From NCBI GenBank assembly GCA_965221905.1, contig OZ244922.1:3232001-3296000 (forward strand): 64,000 nt of DNA, read 5' to 3'. The notes under the pieces were generated by a model, which saw only the letters and a list, made by a program, of their open reading frames with translations, did not search any database and was not told the DNA's origin. Below, piece by piece: positions 1 to 11,044 of this stretch (its first letter is position 1; each line of letters begins with the position of its first letter). Both the position numbers and the translations under genes were made by a program. Source of the stretch: Chloroflexota bacterium. Its GTDB lineage: Bacteria; Chloroflexota; UBA11872; VXOZ01.

Positions 1-108
1 CTATCCTCCATCTTAGGCGAGAGCCCATTTGAAAATTAGATTGGGATGGCGTTATTATAGACGATATTTGCTGTCCCATCCAAAACTAATACGTAGTGAG
101 GTCTTGTA

Positions 109-2415
109 ATGGCAATGCGTCCACCACTCGAGCCACACACAAGGACAAAGATTGACACTCGCCTTGCTAACTTGGACTGGATTCTGGATCAGAGCAATAG
201 ACACTGCAACGTTTTTCAGGGGCAGGCCAAGACAGATGAGCAGAATCGAAGATTTGAAGGGAACCAGCCAGATTATGTGCTGTATGAAACTGGCACAGAT
301 ATACCTATCGCCATCATAGAGGCCAAGAGACCCGGTGAAAGCTTGGACGTCGCGATGGATCAAGCTATTGACAAGTATGCTAAACCACTACAATGCCCTC
401 TTGCATTTGCTTTCAACGATACCTTCGTGACGGCCCGTCTTATGCAAGATCGCCCCCTAAAAATAGACGGCGAAGAACTACAAGATTTCATTGACCAGGC
501 AACGGCGCTTCGGTTTTTCTACGAGGGGGCCGAATTACTATCGGCTCCCGCAGACATTAACTTCACACGGGAAGAGTTAATCTCAATATTCAAAAAGATT
601 AACAATTCCCTGCGGAAGGAAGGACTGCGTGATGGATATGAGAGGTTCTCAGCCTTCGCAGAAATCCTGTTTCTAAAGTTGATTGATGAGTTTGAAAAGC
701 TAAGTCAGCATAAGGGCAACGCGAAGCGCTTTGAAAATCGGCTGTTGTGGAGCCATTTTACCCTAAGGTTTACAAACGATAATCAAGGGTTATTGGATTT
801 TGTTTCCGATTCTGTATGGAAGAGGCTCCAAGAAGAATTCGGTGACATCTTCAGCAGACCCTTGAGCATTAAGAGGCCCGGTACATTGCGGGAGATAATC
901 AATGAGATTGACCCAATTAATTTGACTGCAACTGATACTGACATCAAAGGTGATGCTTTCGAATATTTCCTCAAGACAGTAACCAACGGAAATAAGGACT
1001 TAGGTGAATATTTCACGCCTCGCCACATTGTTCGCACTATGGTTAATCTGATAAAGCCGGGCTATGGTGAAACGATTTACGACCCCTTCTGCGGCACTGG
1101 TGGTTTCTTACTGGAGGCCTTCAAGTACTTGTTGTCACGAAACGACACAAGCGATCCCCGCGTGCTGAATTGGATAAAGCAGGAGGCGTTGCATGGTCGG
1201 GAAATTACTTCAACCGCACGCATTACGAAAATGAACATGATCCTGTTTGGTGACGGACACACCAACATTCACCAGATGGATAGCTTGGAGCATCCAGTAC
1301 TGGAGAAGTACAAGATTGTATTATCGAACATTCCGTATTCACAGAAAACGGAGTTCGGTTCTCATTATCCAATCCCCAGCAAGAATGCCGATGCGGTCTG
1401 CATGCAGCACATATGGCAGTCATTGAAGCCAGATGGGAGAGCTGCTGTGATAGTGCCCGAAACCTTTTTATATGATGGAGGCGCAGTTGGTCAGACAAGA
1501 GAGATGATCCTGAAGGGAAGCAGAAATTTCACAGTTGTATCGTTGCCCCGTGGTGTATTCATGCCGTATACGCCCACCAAAACCAATGTTCTCTACTTTG
1601 AAAAGGGTGGCCAGTTCAGGAACATATACTTCTTTGTAATCCATAACGATGGTTTTGAGCTCAATACGGGACGTCAGCCGATACAAGGTGATAGTGACAT
1701 CAGGACGCTCTTGAGTGAGGTTGAGACACCCCGCGCAATCGACGCTCGAGCAAACATAGTCGATCGCGACACACTAGAGAAGACTGGAAACTGGAATCTT
1801 AGGCCCTTTTACTACATGGAAGACATACCCGAAGCCAAGGGCAATATGATTCAGCTATCTGATGACCTAGTAATGGAGATCACTGACAAGAGAGATCCGG
1901 CTGCAGAACCGGATGCCAATTGGAGCATCTTAGAAGTTTCACAAAACGGGATATTCCTGGGTGCCACTCTAAGGGGCAGCGAAGCTACTCAGGAGTACAA
2001 ATTGGTGAAGGCTGGAGATGTAGTTTATAATCCCTTTCGCGTCAACATCGGGAGTATTGGTGTAGTTCCTCCACACCTTGACGGTGCTTTGGCAAGCCCC
2101 GCATATGTTGCATTTAGAGTAAGGCATGAGGGTTACCCCCCTTCGTACATCGTCTCAGTTCTCAAGCAACAACGGTACTTGAGAGTGATCATGAATTATT
2201 CTTTGTCATCGGCACGTGCCAGTTTACCTTTTAGCGAATTAATGCGCATCAAAATACCTAAGCTCGGAGATAAGGACCTAGAAGAGTTGCGTAGGCTTGA
2301 ATTCGACCTCAATGATCAACTTGAGAAGACAAGCAAAATCGTCGGACAAATAACCAGCCACGTGGCTAATGCTCTTCTGGATGCACACTCCGCCAACAGC
2401 CGCACGCTGAACTAG
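109..2415 (+). CDS. Fused restriction endonuclease / N6-adenine methyltransferase / TRD protein (Type IIG-like or Type I-derived single-chain R-M-S)
   Basis: N-terminal PD-(D/E)xK motif (PDYVLY...IEAK). HsdM-like core with [17 protein letters not shown] and motif IV NIPY. C-terminal HsdS-like half ([23 protein letters not shown]). Visibly more AT-rich than the rest of the window. Confidence 0.85.
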   Translation: MAMRPPLEPHTRTKIDTRLANLDWILDQSNRHCNVFQGQAKTDEQNRRFEGNQPDYVLYETGTDIPIAIIEAKRPGESLDVAMDQAIDKYAKPLQCPLAFAFNDTFVTARLMQDRPLKIDGEELQDFIDQATALRFFYEGAELLSAPADINFTREELISIFKKINNSLRKEGLRDGYERFSAFAEILFLKLIDEFEKLSQHKGNAKRFENRLLWSHFTLRFTNDNQGLLDFVSDSVWKRLQEEFGDIFSRPLSIKRPGTLREIINEIDPINLTATDTDIKGDAFEYFLKTVTNGNKDLGEYFTPRHIVRTMVNLIKPGYGETIYDPFCGTGGFLLEAFKYLLSRNDTSDPRVLNWIKQEALHGREITSTARITKMNMILFGDGHTNIHQMDSLEHPVLEKYKIVLSNIPYSQKTEFGSHYPIPSKNADAVCMQHIWQSLKPDGRAAVIVPETFLYDGGAVGQTREMILKGSRNFTVVSLPRGVFMPYTPTKTNVLYFEKGGQFRNIYFFVIHNDGFELNTGRQPIQGDSDIRTLLSEVETPRAIDARANIVDRDTLEKTGNWNLRPFYYMEDIPEAKGNMIQLSDDLVMEITDKRDPAAEPDANWSILEVSQNGIFLGATLRGSEATQEYKLVKAGDVVYNPFRVNIGSIGVVPPHLDGALASPAYVAFRVRHEGYPPSYIVSVLKQQRYLRVIMNYSLSSARASLPFSELMRIKIPKLGDKDLEELRRLEFDLNDQLEKTSKIVGQITSHVANALLDAHSANSRTLN

Positions 2416-2443
2416 GTTGTCCATAGATTTAAGTTACTTAGAA

Positions 2444-2452
2444 TGCTATAGT
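2444..2452 (+). promoter_or_regulatory. Extended -10 promoter element upstream of rpmH
   Basis: TGcTATAGT in an AT-rich spacer about 35 bp before the rpmH ATG. Confidence 0.45.
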
Positions 2453-2485
2453 AAATTTAGATTAAGGATAGAAGGATACTTCTGG

Positions 2486-2623
2486 ATGCCCAAGAGAACA
2501 TACCAACCCAAAGTGCGGCGCCGGCTGCGCAGACATGGATTTCGCGCGCGCATGTCTACGCGCGCGGGTCGACGGATACTCAAGAACCGACGCGAAAAGC
2601 AGCGCACGCAGCTCACCGTTTGA
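2486..2623 (+). CDS. rpmH: 50S ribosomal protein L34
   Basis: [25 protein letters not shown] signature. True start is ATG 2486, after GAAGGA. Confidence 0.97.
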   Translation: MPKRTYQPKVRRRLRRHGFRARMSTRAGRRILKNRREKQRTQLTV

Positions 2624-2777
2624 GCCTGTGCGGCCTGTTTAATCCTTTCCGTTTAATGCGCGTGAGTCTCTCGCGCCCCACGCGGGAGGGCTTTAGCAAG
2701 AATCGATGAACTCTTTCGCCGTAGCGCAGCCATTGCCGCAGCAAAGCCGTTGCCAAAGCAAAGCCGCTGCATGAGGA

Positions 2778-3155
2778 TTGAACCAAACGGAGAAGATAAA
2801 GAAACAACGGGACTTTGCTGCCGTATTGGCACAGGGCAAAGCGTGGTCGGCGTCTGCGACGAAGTCGACGCACACCGTAAGACTAATCGTCAAACCAAAC
2901 CAACTCACGCTCAGCCGATGTGGTTTCATTACGTCTAAGCGTGTTGGCAATGCTGTAACCCGAAACCGCGTCCGGCGGCGCTTGCGTGAGTCTATGCGCA
3001 CGCATTATCCACACGTCCGACCGGGGATGGATCTCATCTTTATTGCTCGGCGGGGTGCCGCCCAAGCCTCATTCTGGGAACTCAATAGACACGTTTGCGC
3101 GGTGCTCAGGCGTGCGCTCCTGCTGCCCCCGGAGTACAGGCCGCATGAACCGTAG
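2778..3155 (+). CDS. rnpA: Ribonuclease P protein component
   Basis: [19 protein letters not shown] (RNR motif); follows rpmH. Confidence 0.95.
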   Translation: MNQTEKIKKQRDFAAVLAQGKAWSASATKSTHTVRLIVKPNQLTLSRCGFITSKRVGNAVTRNRVRRRLRESMRTHYPHVRPGMDLIFIARRGAAQASFWELNRHVCAVLRRALLLPPEYRPHEP

Positions 3156-3205
3156 GGTATACTGGCACAGTCTCGCATGAGGTTGAAGCGGAGAGAATAC
3201 GACAC

Positions 3206-3472
3206 GTGTCCTTCAGCAGCGCGGTAGCACTGCGGCTCATTCAGGCATATCGGCTGGCAATATCGCCGCTATTTCCGCCTAGCTGCCGCTACGCACCCAC
3301 GTGCTCCGAGTACTGTTACGACGCAATTGCGGAGTACGGGCTGCTGCGGGGCGGCTGGCTCGGCATCAAGCGCATCGCGCGGTGCCATCCGTTTCATTCC
3401 GGCGGCGTCGATCCGGTGCCCGAAATCGCAACGGGGAAGGCCGTGGCGGGCAGCCGCACGCAGCAGACGTAG
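3206..3472 (+). CDS. yidD: Membrane protein insertion efficiency factor YidD
   Basis: [18 protein letters not shown]...[14 protein letters not shown]; conserved synteny. Confidence 0.95.
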   Translation: MSFSSAVALRLIQAYRLAISPLFPPSCRYAPTCSEYCYDAIAEYGLLRGGWLGIKRIARCHPFHSGGVDPVPEIATGKAVAGSRTQQT

Positions 3473-3601
3473 CAAGAGCCAAGGGAAACCGGCCCGCAAG
3501 GCCGCGCTCGCGGACAGTCGACACAAATGGCGAATTGCGCCAGTAGTGTGGCAATGAGACTAGACCGGAAAGAACAGCGAACTTAGGGAAAAAGAAATTC
3601 A

Positions 3602-4663
3602 GTGGAACTCTTTAGCACTCTTTGGAACGACATCCTCGTCGGCGGCTTGCAGAGCGGGCTGCTCAAACTCAACGACCTCACCGGCAGCTTCGGCGTTGCC
3701 ATTATCCTCTTTACCCTCATCGTTCGCCTTGTGCTCTTCCCCCTCAGCGTCACGAGTCTCCGCTCTTCGCGCCGCATGCAGTTGCTGTCGCCCCGCCTCA
3801 AGGAATTGCAGAAAAAACATAAGGGCGACCGTCAAGCCATGGCGCAGGCGCAGATGGAGCTCTATAAGGTGCACGGGGTCAATCCGCTGATGGGGTGCCT
3901 CCCGCAATTGGCGCAACTCCCCGTCCTCTTTGCGCTCTACTGGGCCATCATCAACGTGACGAGAGACAGCGGCAGCCTGGAAATGGCGTTCATTTGGATC
4001 GATGACCTGGGCCAGCCGGACGTCTGGTTGCCGCCGGGCATCGAGTTGCCCTTCAGCCTGCCCGGTTTGCCCGGTGTGCTGGCACTCACCGCAGGCGCCA
4101 CCCAGTGGGTCGTGCAGCGCATGATGATGAACCGCATGGTGACCGACCCGCAGCAGCAGATGATCCAGAACGTAATGCAGTTCATGCCCATCATGATCGT
4201 CTTCTTCGCCATGCAATTCCCCGCGGGACTTGCTCTATACTGGGTGATATCGAACACCTTCAGCATCGGCCAGCAATTCGTTATCATGCGGGACAAGAGC
4301 CTAAACGTACTGGCAACTGCACAGGCGACGGTGACCGCTAACAATACCAGCGAGAAGAGCGAAGCAACCCAAGCACCTTCCAAGCCGCCGGCTACCGCCG
4401 CGAGAAAGCAATCTGAGACACCTCAGATTCCGGCGAAGCCTCAAAAGGAGCAGACCGAAAAGCGCCCCAGCGGACTCTTCGGTGGGTTATCATTTGGTGG
4501 AGTGAGCCGCTCGGCAATACCTGATCTTACTGAAACGACACTGCAGGAACTCGGCCTGGATTACGCAGACGACCAGGGCAACGGCGCTGCAGCTAAAGCG
4601 CCCAAAACTGGCAAATCAAGGTCGCGCAAGAGGGAGAATAAAAAAGGTGGCGGAAAGCGTTGA
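3602..4663 (+). CDS. yidC: Membrane protein insertase YidC/Oxa1 (short type, no large periplasmic domain)
   Basis: IILFTLIVRLVLFPL, NPLMGCLPQLAQLPV, PAGLALYWVISN; long charged C-terminal tail. Confidence 0.95.
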   Translation: MELFSTLWNDILVGGLQSGLLKLNDLTGSFGVAIILFTLIVRLVLFPLSVTSLRSSRRMQLLSPRLKELQKKHKGDRQAMAQAQMELYKVHGVNPLMGCLPQLAQLPVLFALYWAIINVTRDSGSLEMAFIWIDDLGQPDVWLPPGIELPFSLPGLPGVLALTAGATQWVVQRMMMNRMVTDPQQQMIQNVMQFMPIMIVFFAMQFPAGLALYWVISNTFSIGQQFVIMRDKSLNVLATAQATVTANNTSEKSEATQAPSKPPATAARKQSETPQIPAKPQKEQTEKRPSGLFGGLSFGGVSRSAIPDLTETTLQELGLDYADDQGNGAAAKAPKTGKSRSRKRENKKGGGKR

Positions 4664-5381
4664 AGCAACCGGCAAGACCGTCGAAGATGCAATACAAGAC
4701 GCCCTCGAGCAACTAGGGGCTTCTCGTGATGCCGTAACTGTTCGAGTCCTCAGCGCAGGCACCGGGGGGTTATTCGGTATTGGCGCAGAGGAATCCCGGG
4801 TCCTGGTGGAGCTGAAACCGGAAGGCCCTGCTGAAGAGACCGATGAAGGTGGTTCGCCTGAAGAATCGGCCGCCCCCGAGCCGCCGGCGGAATCTCAGGA
4901 TTTGCCGCTCACTGAGGAACAACTGAATGATGCTTCAGAGCTCCTTCGCGAGTTCTTCCACCATCTCGGCAGTACGGTCACAATCGAAGTGACCGGCACC
5001 GAACCCCTCCGCCTTGACGTTTCCGGCGAGGGCACCGACGCCTTCATTGGTAAACGCGGGACCACGCTGCGCTCAATTCAATTCCTCTACAACCTGATGC
5101 TGACGAAACAGCTTGGCGAGCATGATCTCGTGGTCGTAGACATCGGCGGCTACCGCCAGCGTCGTGAGGAATTGCTGATCGGTATGGCGCGCCGGCTGGC
5201 CGACCTCGTCCGCGAGAACGGTAAAGCCATCACACTGGAAGCAATGCCGCCTCACGAACGACGCATCATCCACATCACCCTGGCTGAGGACGACGCCATT
5301 GAAACCCACTCCACCGGAACCGGCGACGAACGCCGTGTTGTGATCGAGTTCAAGCCGTCGGAGGCCGAGGCGGAGGCGTAG
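4647..5381 (+). CDS. jag: Jag/EloR/KhpB RNA-binding protein (Jag_N-KH-R3H)
   Basis: GKTVEDAI (Jag_N), IGKRGTTL (KH GxxG), ERRIIH (R3H). Confidence 0.93.
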   Translation: MAESVEATGKTVEDAIQDALEQLGASRDAVTVRVLSAGTGGLFGIGAEESRVLVELKPEGPAEETDEGGSPEESAAPEPPAESQDLPLTEEQLNDASELLREFFHHLGSTVTIEVTGTEPLRLDVSGEGTDAFIGKRGTTLRSIQFLYNLMLTKQLGEHDLVVVDIGGYRQRREELLIGMARRLADLVRENGKAITLEAMPPHERRIIHITLAEDDAIETHSTGTGDERRVVIEFKPSEAEAEA

Positions 5382-5407
5382 CTGCCGGTAACCTGCGGCA
5401 GGGAAAG

Positions 5408-5468
5408 TGGGGGCTACCCTCGTAGCCTGCCCTATGCCTGGCGCGCGCAGGTTGCGGACCTGCGCTAC
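5408..5468. repeat. Composite REP-like pair (degenerate GTAGGGGC-type plus GCGCAGGTTGCGGACCTGCGCTAC)
   Basis: Lies between convergent jag and birA. The second hairpin matches copies at 24537, 29064, 30366 and 31514. Confidence 0.6.
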
Positions 5469-5558
5469 GAGAGAAAGGCGCAGACGCGCTGCCGGGTCAT
5501 GTTGCCCGGCTTGATCGACATTTGGCAATTCACCCATCGAGCCGCTCTTACGCGCTAT

Positions 5559-6368
5559 TTACTTCAACTCCGAATCGCTCAGCCGCACGTGCGCATCGCC
5601 GGCCGCAAAGCGCCGCACCTGCCCGTCGTCGGTATGCACGCAGAGATACCCGTCGCGGTCTTGGTCTACAACGGTGCCGTCATAGCCTCTCCTACCAACG
5701 CTCACCCGCACCTCTTGCCCGATCAAGCACGAACCGGCACGCCAGGCCTGCCAAACCTCGTCCGGCGCCGCCAGCCACCGACCATACCACTGTTCGAACG
5801 ACCGGAGGCTCGCGATAAGCAACACCTCGCGGGAAACCGGGCGTCCCAGTTGATCCGCGACCGTGGTGAGCGGTTGGTCGAGTGAGAGGGCTGTACCGGC
5901 AAAATTCACGTTTATGCCTGCCCCGACCACCACGCCGTGGTTCGTGGCTTCGGCCAGCAAGCCGCCGAGCTTTCTGCCCTGCACCACCAGGTCGTTCGGC
6001 CACTTAATCGCGGCGCGCAAGCATGTTATTTCCTCTATGGCTTCTTGCAAGGCCACCGCCAGCGGCCACATAACGTGCGGCCATCGTTCGGGAGCCAAGG
6101 TTGGCCGCAATAGTATGGAAAAGAGAAGGCTGCTGCATGGGGGCGCGAGCCATGAACGGCCTTGTCTGCCCCGACCGGCAGTCTGGGCATCGGCCACCAC
6201 AACTACACCAGGGTCGGCGCCTGCACGTGCCAGCGCATGGCAGACTTCCATGGTGGAATCGACTTCCGTCCGATAGACCACGCGCCGGCCGATTTGTTGC
6301 CCGCGCACGGCCTGGGCAACGTCCCACCAACGCAGCGGCTCTTGCTTCAACTCCATCAAAGGGCTCAC
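5559..6368 (-). CDS. birA: Biotin--[acetyl-CoA-carboxylase] ligase (no N-terminal HTH seen)
   Basis: QTAGRGRQGRSW, IKWPNDL, KLGGLL. Confidence 0.93.
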   Translation of the reverse strand: MSPLMELKQEPLRWWDVAQAVRGQQIGRRVVYRTEVDSTMEVCHALARAGADPGVVVVADAQTAGRGRQGRSWLAPPCSSLLFSILLRPTLAPERWPHVMWPLAVALQEAIEEITCLRAAIKWPNDLVVQGRKLGGLLAEATNHGVVVGAGINVNFAGTALSLDQPLTTVADQLGRPVSREVLLIASLRSFEQWYGRWLAAPDEVWQAWRAGSCLIGQEVRVSVGRRGYDGTVVDQDRDGYLCVHTDDGQVRRFAAGDAHVRLSDSELK

Positions 6369-6452
6369 TTGCCGGATGCTACTGCAAACTCAGCGCCCGG
6401 GCCCTCATGCCCCAGAGCGAATTCTGCACAATTCCTATCGGAAGCGCAGAGT

Positions 6453-6491
6453 CCCCCTCTCCATATGAGGGAGAGGGCCGGGGTGAGGGTG
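6453..6491. repeat. REP-like CCCTCTCC-n-GGAGAGGG..GGGGTGAGGG element
   Basis: Same family as 9754-9791 and the interrupted copy at 46327-46651. Confidence 0.75.
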
Positions 6492-6727
6492 AATTCCGGT
6501 CTATTTAGTCCAGTCCCACTCGCTTAGTCGATTTTCGCAAGGTATAAAAGGTCTAGAAGGAAGGAGACGGCCGGGGCGAGGGTGCTTTTTCTCAACCATA
6601 GCCTCATCCCAGCGGTTGTCAAAGTCACGCAACCACTTGCGTTGGCAACCGGCAATTACGGCGCGCCAAAGGCGTCCGCCATGCTCCACACGAGCGCGGC
6701 TCAAGCGGCAAACCGCCTCATGCTATA

Positions 6728-8236
6728 GTGAAAGTCATGATTGAACACAGCACGGCGCTCTCCAACCAATTCCAACTACACCAGCGCGTCGCGGCGCAGA
6801 GATGGCGCGTGCTCGGCTTCTCCGGCGTGCTCGCCGTGCTCCTCGTGGCGTGGTTCCTGCCCCCCTTGTGGGCGCTCATCAGCATTGGGGCAGCCGCCGG
6901 GGCGTTAGCCGTCTTTGCCCATCCCGCCGTCGGCGTTGGGATGCTGCTCCTTACTGTCCCCTTTGGCAGCGTGCGCACCATCAGCCTGCCGGACAACGTA
7001 GACATTACCGTAAACGAGCCGTTAGTATTGCTTATCGGCCTCTCGTGGCTTGCGGGCATGCTCGCGGGACGCTGGCGCGCGCCCTCTCTGCCGTCGCTGA
7101 CGCTACCAATCATTATCGTACTCATCCCAATGGGGCTATCTGCGCTCTCTGCGGAGAGTCTGCTGCTAAGCCTCAAGGAAATCAGCAAGTGGTCTGAGCT
7201 ATTCGTCATCTACCTCGTCACTGCCACCACCGTGCGCAACCGCCGCGTACTCACCACGCTGGTGATAATACTGTTGTTAGCAGCGCTGGCCGAGGTAGGC
7301 ATCGGCCTGGTCCAAGTAGCGTTCCGCATCGGCCCGCCGCACTTTCTCGCCGGAGGCATTCTCATGCGGGCCCACGGCACCTTCGAACAACCTAACCCGT
7401 TCGGAGGCTACCTTGCGCTCATGTTGCCCATCGCGTTAGCCATCGCGCTTGCCGCGCCTCGGCCCGGCCTACGACTGCTTGGCTGGGGCGTTAGCCTGGC
7501 ATTCGCATTCGGTATTCTGGTTAGCCTCTCACGCGGCGCTTGGCTTGGGACGTTTGCGGCGCTCAGCGTCGTCTGGCTCCTCGAAAGCCAACGCAACCGG
7601 CTGCGCGCCTTTGTGCTGGCATACGCAGGCTTTACGGCAACTCTGACCGCCCTTGTCCTTGGAATACTACCGGAAGCCATACTGGCGCGTTTCACGGACC
7701 TATTCGTATACGGCTCACGCTTGGTGCAAGAGTTGCGCGCCGGTCCAAATGCCGATAACTGGGCCATTCTGGAGAGAGTTTCGCAGTGGTATGCCGGCTG
7801 GCAGATGTTCGCCAACAACCCCATCCTCGGCGTAGGCATCGGCAACTACCCCAAGGCATATGTAACCTACGCCCTCCCGGGTTGGCCGACCGGCGTCGGC
7901 CACGCTCACAACTACTACCTCAATCTGGCGGCAGAAGGCGGCTTGCTGACCTTCGTCGCCTTTCTGTTCTTCCTGGGCATTGCCTGGCGGTTAGCCGCGA
8001 GCACGTGGCGGCGCGCGCCGGACACTTGGAGTCGCATTCTCGCATTGGGACTAATGGGCAGCCTGGCCGCCTTCTCCGCGCATAGCCTCGTTGACAGTCT
8101 CTTCGTGCATAGCATCGGCATCCTGCTGGGGATACTCTTTGGGCTCCTCTCCGCATTGGGAGCTACACCACACCAGCGGAATGCCGCCAGCCAGGACCAG
8201 TCTGACGGAATGACGCCTCACGGCAGCAGAGTTTGA
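6728..8236 (+). CDS. O-antigen ligase / Wzy_C family membrane protein
   Basis: Many TM segments; RAHGTFEQPN, SLSRGAW, NPILGVGIGNY, HAHNYYL. Confidence 0.88.
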   Translation: MKVMIEHSTALSNQFQLHQRVAAQRWRVLGFSGVLAVLLVAWFLPPLWALISIGAAAGALAVFAHPAVGVGMLLLTVPFGSVRTISLPDNVDITVNEPLVLLIGLSWLAGMLAGRWRAPSLPSLTLPIIIVLIPMGLSALSAESLLLSLKEISKWSELFVIYLVTATTVRNRRVLTTLVIILLLAALAEVGIGLVQVAFRIGPPHFLAGGILMRAHGTFEQPNPFGGYLALMLPIALAIALAAPRPGLRLLGWGVSLAFAFGILVSLSRGAWLGTFAALSVVWLLESQRNRLRAFVLAYAGFTATLTALVLGILPEAILARFTDLFVYGSRLVQELRAGPNADNWAILERVSQWYAGWQMFANNPILGVGIGNYPKAYVTYALPGWPTGVGHAHNYYLNLAAEGGLLTFVAFLFFLGIAWRLAASTWRRAPDTWSRILALGLMGSLAAFSAHSLVDSLFVHSIGILLGILFGLLSALGATPHQRNAASQDQSDGMTPHGSRV

Positions 8237-8389
8237 GGACATTTGGGCGAGGCCGCGGCACGTGTGCCGTAGCGGCCTTCCGTTACGCCGTGCGATCCAG
8301 GCGATACTAGAACGAGAGCGCTTAAGGCGCGTACAGCGGCGCTGCCTGGCAACGGAATTCGTACCGCTAAAGCTTTGTTGTTATGTCAA

Positions 8390-9592
8390 TTAGCTGCGCA
8401 ATCGCTCCAGCGCCGTGCGAGCCTGTTCGAGCATCTGATTAGAGGCAGGAATAGAAAGCACGCGGGTGAAGTCCTCTATCGCCTTCTCTTTCTCCCCAAG
8501 CTTTTCATATATCTCACCGCGTTGGAGGAAAGCCTGCGCCAGTCCGGGATCCATTTCCACGGCTCGGTTGAGGTCTCGCAGCGCCTGCGTCGTATTCTCC
8601 TGAGCGGCGAGAATGGCCGCGCGCGTAATGAGATAGCGCGGGTCGTCCTGCGCCAAGTCTATGGCACGATTCGCGTCATCGAGCGCGCGCGCAAGCTCGC
8701 CCATCGCACGATATACGTCGGCGCGAGCAGCATACGGTTCCGGATTCTGCGGGGTTATGATTAACGCCTGCTGCAGATCTACCAGCGCCTCGTCATATCG
8801 CTCCAATTCCTGGAAGATACCCGCGCGCGCGACGTAGGGCTGCGGCTGATCCGGCGCCAACTCGACAGTCTTGCTCAGGTCGGCGAGCGCGGCCTCCAGG
8901 TTGCCCTCCACTTGCTGCACGAGTCCCCGCACATAGAATGCCTCAGCATATTCAGCATTGATCTCAACCGCTTTGCTCAAGTCGTCAATAGCGCCCTGGT
9001 AGTCATTGCGTGTCAAGCGGAGACTAGCGCGGCGGAAGTATAGCTCCGCCACATTGGGACGAAGCTGGATTGCCGTACCGTAGTCAGCCATCGCCTCGTC
9101 CAGGCGGTTCTGCGCATAGTAGATCGAAGCGCGAGCCAGATAGGCTTCAACAAAGCTCGGATCGAGTTCTAAAAGCCGCGTGAGGTCTTCGAGCGCGCCC
9201 TGCAAGTTTCCTATGTTGAGGAAGATTCCGGCCCGAAAGAAGATGTGACCGGCATCTTCGGGATCGCGTTCAATTGAGCGGTCCATGTCCCGCAGCGCAC
9301 TGGCGATATCACCGCTCTGCGCGTGCACGATGGCACGTTGATGGTAGGCGTGGGAGCTATCCGAGTACTTATCGACGGCCTCGTTGTAGATGTCCATCGC
9401 TGATTCCAGGTCGCCCTTTTGCACGGCTTCCTGTCCGCGATCCAACAGCTCTTGGAGACCGGCTTCGTCGCCCGACGATAGAAACGGGATGCTCGGCGTG
9501 CACGCGCCGAGCGCCAGCGTCAACAACACACCGGCCAGAATATACCGCGACCACCTCCATACTCCCATTACGCTATCACGCTCGCTTTCCAC
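8390..9592 (-). CDS. TPR-repeat lipoprotein
   Basis: Signal peptide with lipobox LALGAC, then roughly 10 TPR-like units (A..RA..Y......A..D...A..L.P). The start may be ATG 9568. Confidence 0.88.
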   Translation of the reverse strand: MESERDSVMGVWRWSRYILAGVLLTLALGACTPSIPFLSSGDEAGLQELLDRGQEAVQKGDLESAMDIYNEAVDKYSDSSHAYHQRAIVHAQSGDIASALRDMDRSIERDPEDAGHIFFRAGIFLNIGNLQGALEDLTRLLELDPSFVEAYLARASIYYAQNRLDEAMADYGTAIQLRPNVAELYFRRASLRLTRNDYQGAIDDLSKAVEINAEYAEAFYVRGLVQQVEGNLEAALADLSKTVELAPDQPQPYVARAGIFQELERYDEALVDLQQALIITPQNPEPYAARADVYRAMGELARALDDANRAIDLAQDDPRYLITRAAILAAQENTTQALRDLNRAVEMDPGLAQAFLQRGEIYEKLGEKEKAIEDFTRVLSIPASNQMLEQARTALERLRS

Positions 9593-9753
9593 TATCGGCT
9601 TACTTTAGATTCATTCTACCACCCACGCCGTCCTTGCGGTGGCCGTGCGCCCGCAAGGCGAAGCGGCTGTATAGTGTGCCAACTCTTGCCACGAACTCTG
9701 GTTCGTAGTGCCTTGGGAGGTCTTGCCTCGACCCGGGTCGGAGGCGCAACACT

Positions 9754-9791
9754 CCCTCTCCATCGAGGGAGAGGGCTGGGGTGAGGGTGAA
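9754..9791. repeat. REP-like CCCTCTCC-n-GGAGAGGG..GGGGTGAGGG element
   Basis: Near-identical to 6453-6491. Confidence 0.75.
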
Positions 9792-9854
9792 CTATGCTTC
9801 ACTTCTACCAGTCCACCTGCTACACCATGCTACATAGAAAGACCCTCCTGAAGA

Positions 9855-10008
9855 GTGTGTCCGACAGGAGAATCCGTTCATCTTTCGACAAGCTCAAGAC
9901 GAACGGATCGTTCCGTCTACCACAAACTGTACGTGTGTCCGACAAGCGTGCCCACCCATCCTTCGACACGCTCAGGACGAACGGATCGTGACGTTCAGGA
10001 CGAACAGA
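9855..10008 (+). repeat. Two 78-bp-period repeats containing the TTCGACA(A/C)GCTCA(A/G)GACGAACGG REP-like motif
   Basis: GTGTGTCCGACA at 9855 and 9933, each followed by the motif; a partial third CAGGACGAAC follows. Confidence 0.7.
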
Positions 10009-10102
10009 CCGGCACATTCACCACGAGCGATGCAATCATGCGCTCGCTTGTACACCAACTGCGCCTGACACGCGGTACCGGGAGTGCTTTCGTTGCTCCC
10101 GA

Positions 10103-11044
10103 TCAACCGCTAACCGGATTGCGCAACGTCCCGAGCCGCTCGATGGTGGCCTCGATAACGTCGCCGTCCTCGAGCGATGTCCCGGCTGCCGCGCCGACAC
10201 CTGCGGGCGTGCCGGTGGAGATCACGTCGCCGGGTTCCAGCGTGACGATGCGCGTGATCCACTCGACCAACTCAAAGCAGTTGAAGATCATCTGGCCGGT
10301 ATTGCCGCGCTGCCGTTCCACGCCGTTGACGCTGAGCGACATGGCGAGGTTATGGGGATCGGGAATCTCGTCCGCCGTTACAACCGCCGGTCCCATGGGG
10401 CCGTGGGTGTCGAACCACTTGCCGTTCAGCCAGTCGAAGTAGTCGTCCATCTCACGCGCTTCGCGCTCCCACGGCAGACTGAGATCGCGGGAGGAAATGT
10501 CGTTGAAGATCGTGTAACCGGCAATGTGTTTTGGCGCGTCCGCGGCGGCAATGTCACGGCCCGACTTGCCGATGACGATGGCAAGCTCGAGTTCCCAGTC
10601 AACGTTGGCAGTCATTTCCCACAACCGAACCGGCTGATCCTGTCCCACGAGCACCGAGTTTGGCTTCCAGAAGTACCGGGGCGTTTGGTGCGCCTTTTCC
10701 GGCGGTTCGTCGCCGCCTTCGCGAATGTGATCGGCGAAGTTGCCGGCCAAGCAGAACACCTTGTCCGGTCGGGGAATTGGCGGCAACAAACTCACATCCC
10801 CTGCACCGTGGGCAAACGGCGCGCTGCCGCCTTGCTCCCGCGCAAACCCCAGTACGCGGCGCGCTTGCGCCAAGCCAACGTCGCCCAATTCCAGCAATTC
10901 CTTCACGCCGTTAGGCAGTTTGGCGCCAACCGCACCGGCCTGTGACGTAAATGCGTCAGCCGCATCCTGCAGATCGTAGACGTGGTCTCCATCCAGCAGA
11001 CCCGCCCGCGGTCCACTGTCCTGCGCGTAAGTTACAAGCTTCAT
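10103..11044 (-). CDS. Fumarylacetoacetate hydrolase family protein
   Basis: DWELELAIVIG, GYTIFNDISSRD, GKWFDTHGPMGP, GDVISTGTPAGVG. Start at MKLVTY after AAGGAG. Confidence 0.92.
   Translation of the reverse strand: MKLVTYAQDSGPRAGLLDGDHVYDLQDAADAFTSQAGAVGAKLPNGVKELLELGDVGLAQARRVLGFAREQGGSAPFAHGAGDVSLLPPIPRPDKVFCLAGNFADHIREGGDEPPEKAHQTPRYFWKPNSVLVGQDQPVRLWEMTANVDWELELAIVIGKSGRDIAAADAPKHIAGYTIFNDISSRDLSLPWEREAREMDDYFDWLNGKWFDTHGPMGPAVVTADEIPDPHNLAMSLSVNGVERQRGNTGQMIFNCFELVEWITRIVTLEPGDVISTGTPAGVGAAAGTSLEDGDVIEATIERLGTLRNPVSG

Noticed and set aside
3005-3013. Perfect DnaA box TTATCCACA suggesting oriC near rpmH
   Set aside because: A single copy inside the rnpA coding sequence. Only a two-mismatch box at 2417; no cluster and no dnaA in the window.
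9692-9705. LexA box (GAAC-N4-GTTC)
   Set aside because: It matches the consensus, but the identical 14-mer sits inside a REP at 56457 and neither copy precedes an SOS gene; better explained as a repeat module.
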